Notes under the pieces: model-generated | What the model saw: only the letters and a program-made list of their open reading frames with translations | Database searches by the model: none | What the model was told of the DNA's origin: nothing | Assembly: GCA_964614695.1 (NCBI GenBank) | Contig: CAZTMB010000001.1 | Coordinates: forward strand, 1,858 to 65,857 | Source of the DNA: an uncultured Isosphaeraceae bacterium | Lineage (GTDB): Bacteria > Planctomycetota > Phycisphaerae > Phycisphaerales > SM1A02 | DNA: 64,000 nt | Reading direction: 5' to 3' | Part shown: piece by piece, positions 61,956-64,000 of the stretch | How the letters are laid out: each line of letters starts with the position of its first letter | Numbering within the stretch: position 1 is the stretch's first letter | Translations under genes and position numbers: made by a program

Positions 61956-63907
61956 TTCGGGACCGCGTCATCCAACTCGTCGCCGCGATCGTCGCGATCG
62001 TCGCCTTCGTCGGCGCCGGGTCGCTCCTTCCCGTCGCGGTCAAGCGCAGCGAGGAGGCGGGCCTCCGCTACACCGACGTCGCCGTCGATGGCGCTCCACC
62101 GATCGTCGCGATCGGCACCGCGATCGGGGCGCTGCGGGGCATCATCGTCGACTATCTCTGGATCCGGCTGACGATGATGAAGGAGCAGGGGCTCTTCTAC
62201 GAGATCATGGCCAACGCCGATCTCATCACGAAGCTCCAGCCTCGCTTCCCGCAGGTGTGGGCGTTTCATGGCCACAACATGGCCTACAACGTCTCGGTCA
62301 TGACCAACACGCCGGAGGAGCGGTGGAACTGGGTCCGTTCCGGCATCGACCTCGTGCGGAACGAAGGCCTTCGCTACAACCCGAACGACCTGGTGCTCCA
62401 CAAGGAGCTCGCGTTCTGGTTCGGGCACAAGATCGACGGGATCTCCGACGACGCGCACCTGCACTACAAGCGCGAGTTCGCCCGCGAGTGGCAGCTGCTG
62501 CTCGGCCAGCCGCCGATCGACCATGCCAGCCGCGAGGCGTGGATCCGGGCGATCGCCGAGGCGCCGAAGACCCTCGACGAGGCGGAGGCCCGCACCCCGG
62601 GAGTGAAGGCGCTGGTCGAGCGGCTCCAGGAGGCCGCCGGCGCGGGAGGGCTGACCGGTTTCGCCCTCGACAAGCGGCTGCTGCTCGCCTACGGCGAGTG
62701 GGAAGCGCTGCGGACCTCGCCGTACGCGCGGCTGCTCGACCTCGAGCCGCAGCTTCGCGCGAGCAGCCCGCTCTACCGCGGCATCGACGAGGTCTTCTCC
62801 GATCCGGACCCGGAGGTGCAGAAGGCGGTCCGCACCCTCGTCGAGTTCCTGCGGAGGAAGGTGCTCCTCGACGAGTACAACATGGATCCGGTGCGGATGC
62901 ACCGCTACACGCTCGACGTCGGGCCGCTCGACTGGCGGCATCCGCAGGCCCATTCGTTCTACTGGGCGAAGAAGGGCACCGAGGACGGCGAGGGGCGGGT
63001 CGACGATCCCGACGACATCTACAAGATCATCAACAACGACCGCGCGCAGATCCACGCGATGCAGGCGATGGCCCGCTCGGGCCTCATGAGCGTCGATCCG
63101 TTCAGCAACGACAACCCGGGACGTCTCTCCGACGCGCGGTGGATCAAGGTGATCGACCGCTACTTCCGCGAGCTCTACGACAAGCACTACGAGTCCCGAG
63201 GAGCCGGCGCGGACACCTTCACCGACTTCCACGAGAACTTCATGACCTCGGCGGTGCGCGAGCTCTACCGGGCGGGCGACCTCGAGGGCGCCCAGGAGAT
63301 CCTCGACGAGCTCGATCGCCTCTACGGACGCGGCGGCATCGTCCCGAACACCAAGTACGCACGGGATCTCAAGACCTTCGTCGACGAGACCACCGTCGGC
63401 GAGTACGAGTACCAGCCCGACATCGCCCGCTCGGACGTCTACGCCGCGCTGCAGCGAGGCTTCCGCGAAGGGCTGCTGCTCAACCGCCCGAAGGTGCTCG
63501 AGGAGGCCCGCATCTTCGCGCGGGATCTCATCGACTACTTCAAGAACAACCGCTACTACGACTTCGTGACCAAGTTCGGCGAGAGCCGCATCGGCGACCT
63601 GATCGGCGATCTCGAGGACAGCGAGCGGGTGGTCTTCCAGCAGGTGCTGATGGATCGCAGCCTGCCGCTCATCGACCGGCTCACGATCTACAACCGCGCG
63701 AACGAGAGTTTCCAGCGCCGTGCCTACGACGCGGTGAAGCCCCAGCTCGAGGGCGAGTTCACGGCGAGCCCGATGTCGCGGACCCTGACCTTCGGCCAGG
63801 TGCTTCCCGAGCCGCCGGGCATGCAGGCCTACCGCGCCGAGCAGGCCCGCGAGGCCGCGGCCCGGCAGGCGGAGCGGGAGGAGCGCCTCGACCTGAGCCC
63901 GAACTGA
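61952..63907 (+). CDS. 651-aa N-terminally anchored protein of unknown function
   Basis: ATGA overlap with the permease stop. TM 'VIQLVAAIVAIVAFVGAGSLL'. Balanced, Trp/Tyr-containing globular composition and high third-position GC. No family recognised by eye. Confidence 0.7.
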   Translation: MIRDRVIQLVAAIVAIVAFVGAGSLLPVAVKRSEEAGLRYTDVAVDGAPPIVAIGTAIGALRGIIVDYLWIRLTMMKEQGLFYEIMANADLITKLQPRFPQVWAFHGHNMAYNVSVMTNTPEERWNWVRSGIDLVRNEGLRYNPNDLVLHKELAFWFGHKIDGISDDAHLHYKREFAREWQLLLGQPPIDHASREAWIRAIAEAPKTLDEAEARTPGVKALVERLQEAAGAGGLTGFALDKRLLLAYGEWEALRTSPYARLLDLEPQLRASSPLYRGIDEVFSDPDPEVQKAVRTLVEFLRRKVLLDEYNMDPVRMHRYTLDVGPLDWRHPQAHSFYWAKKGTEDGEGRVDDPDDIYKIINNDRAQIHAMQAMARSGLMSVDPFSNDNPGRLSDARWIKVIDRYFRELYDKHYESRGAGADTFTDFHENFMTSAVRELYRAGDLEGAQEILDELDRLYGRGGIVPNTKYARDLKTFVDETTVGEYEYQPDIARSDVYAALQRGFREGLLLNRPKVLEEARIFARDLIDYFKNNRYYDFVTKFGESRIGDLIGDLEDSERVVFQQVLMDRSLPLIDRLTIYNRANESFQRRAYDAVKPQLEGEFTASPMSRTLTFGQVLPEPPGMQAYRAEQAREAAARQAEREERLDLSPN

Positions 63908-63927
63908 CGACGCGCCGGAGCCATGCG

Positions 63928-64000
63928 ATGAGCGAACGCCGCACGCCGCCCGCGATCCTCGCGATCGGACGCAACTACGCCGATCACGCGAAGGAGATGG
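63928..64000 (+). CDS. fumarylacetoacetate hydrolase (FAH) family protein, 3'-truncated by window edge
   Basis: 'MSERRTPPAILAIGRNYADHAKEM': the 'GRNYADHAKE' motif is the usual N-terminal signature of FAH-family hydratases/isomerases. Only 24 codons are visible. Confidence 0.5.
   Translation, partial: MSERRTPPAILAIGRNYADHAKEM

Noticed and set aside
1-64000. Prophage, integrative element, toxin-antitoxin or known defence-system content
   Set aside because: I recognised no integrase, transposase, recombinase, phage structural gene, restriction-modification, Cas, or nuclease/helicase/NTPase defence hallmark. The composition looks uniform, and housekeeping genes are interspersed throughout.

Overview
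Very GC-rich bacterial chromosomal window. It looks Planctomycetota-like: it has a DUF1559 prepilin-type protein, many long Arg/Ala/Pro-rich shadow ORFs and GC-rich palindromic intergenic repeats. Homology motifs, third-position GC and start/stop coupling support about 55 protein genes. I saw no rRNA, tRNA, CRISPR array, integrase or transposase.

Most of the content is core housekeeping: dnaE, dnaA, rpsU, rpmA, obg, rsfS, trmB, guaA, cmk, plsC, cca, pdxH, hppA, an ABC-F ATPase and an ECF sigma/anti-sigma pair.

Four regions deserve attention:
1. 28.4-35.6 kb: a single-strand, translationally coupled respiratory supercluster, ctaC-ctaD-ctaE-X-(diheme cyt c)-(Rieske)-(cyt b fused to cyt c).
2. 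25.4-28.2 kb, directly downstream: a CtaG::polyferredoxin (FixG/CcoG-like) fusion coupled to a FixH-like protein.
3. 49.4-63.9 kb: two secreted NfeD/ClpP-class paralogs, then three SPFH/Band-7 paralogs coupled to an ABC-2 exporter (one ATPase, two paralogous permeases) and a 651-aa orphan protein. This is my best candidate for an undescribed membrane system.
4. 41.7-43.4 kb: dnaA, a switch in gene orientation and an inverted pair of DnaA-box-like sites, consistent with an origin-proximal locus.

Several intergenic regions carry two families of REP-like repeats. All functional calls come from motif recognition by eye; no database search was run.
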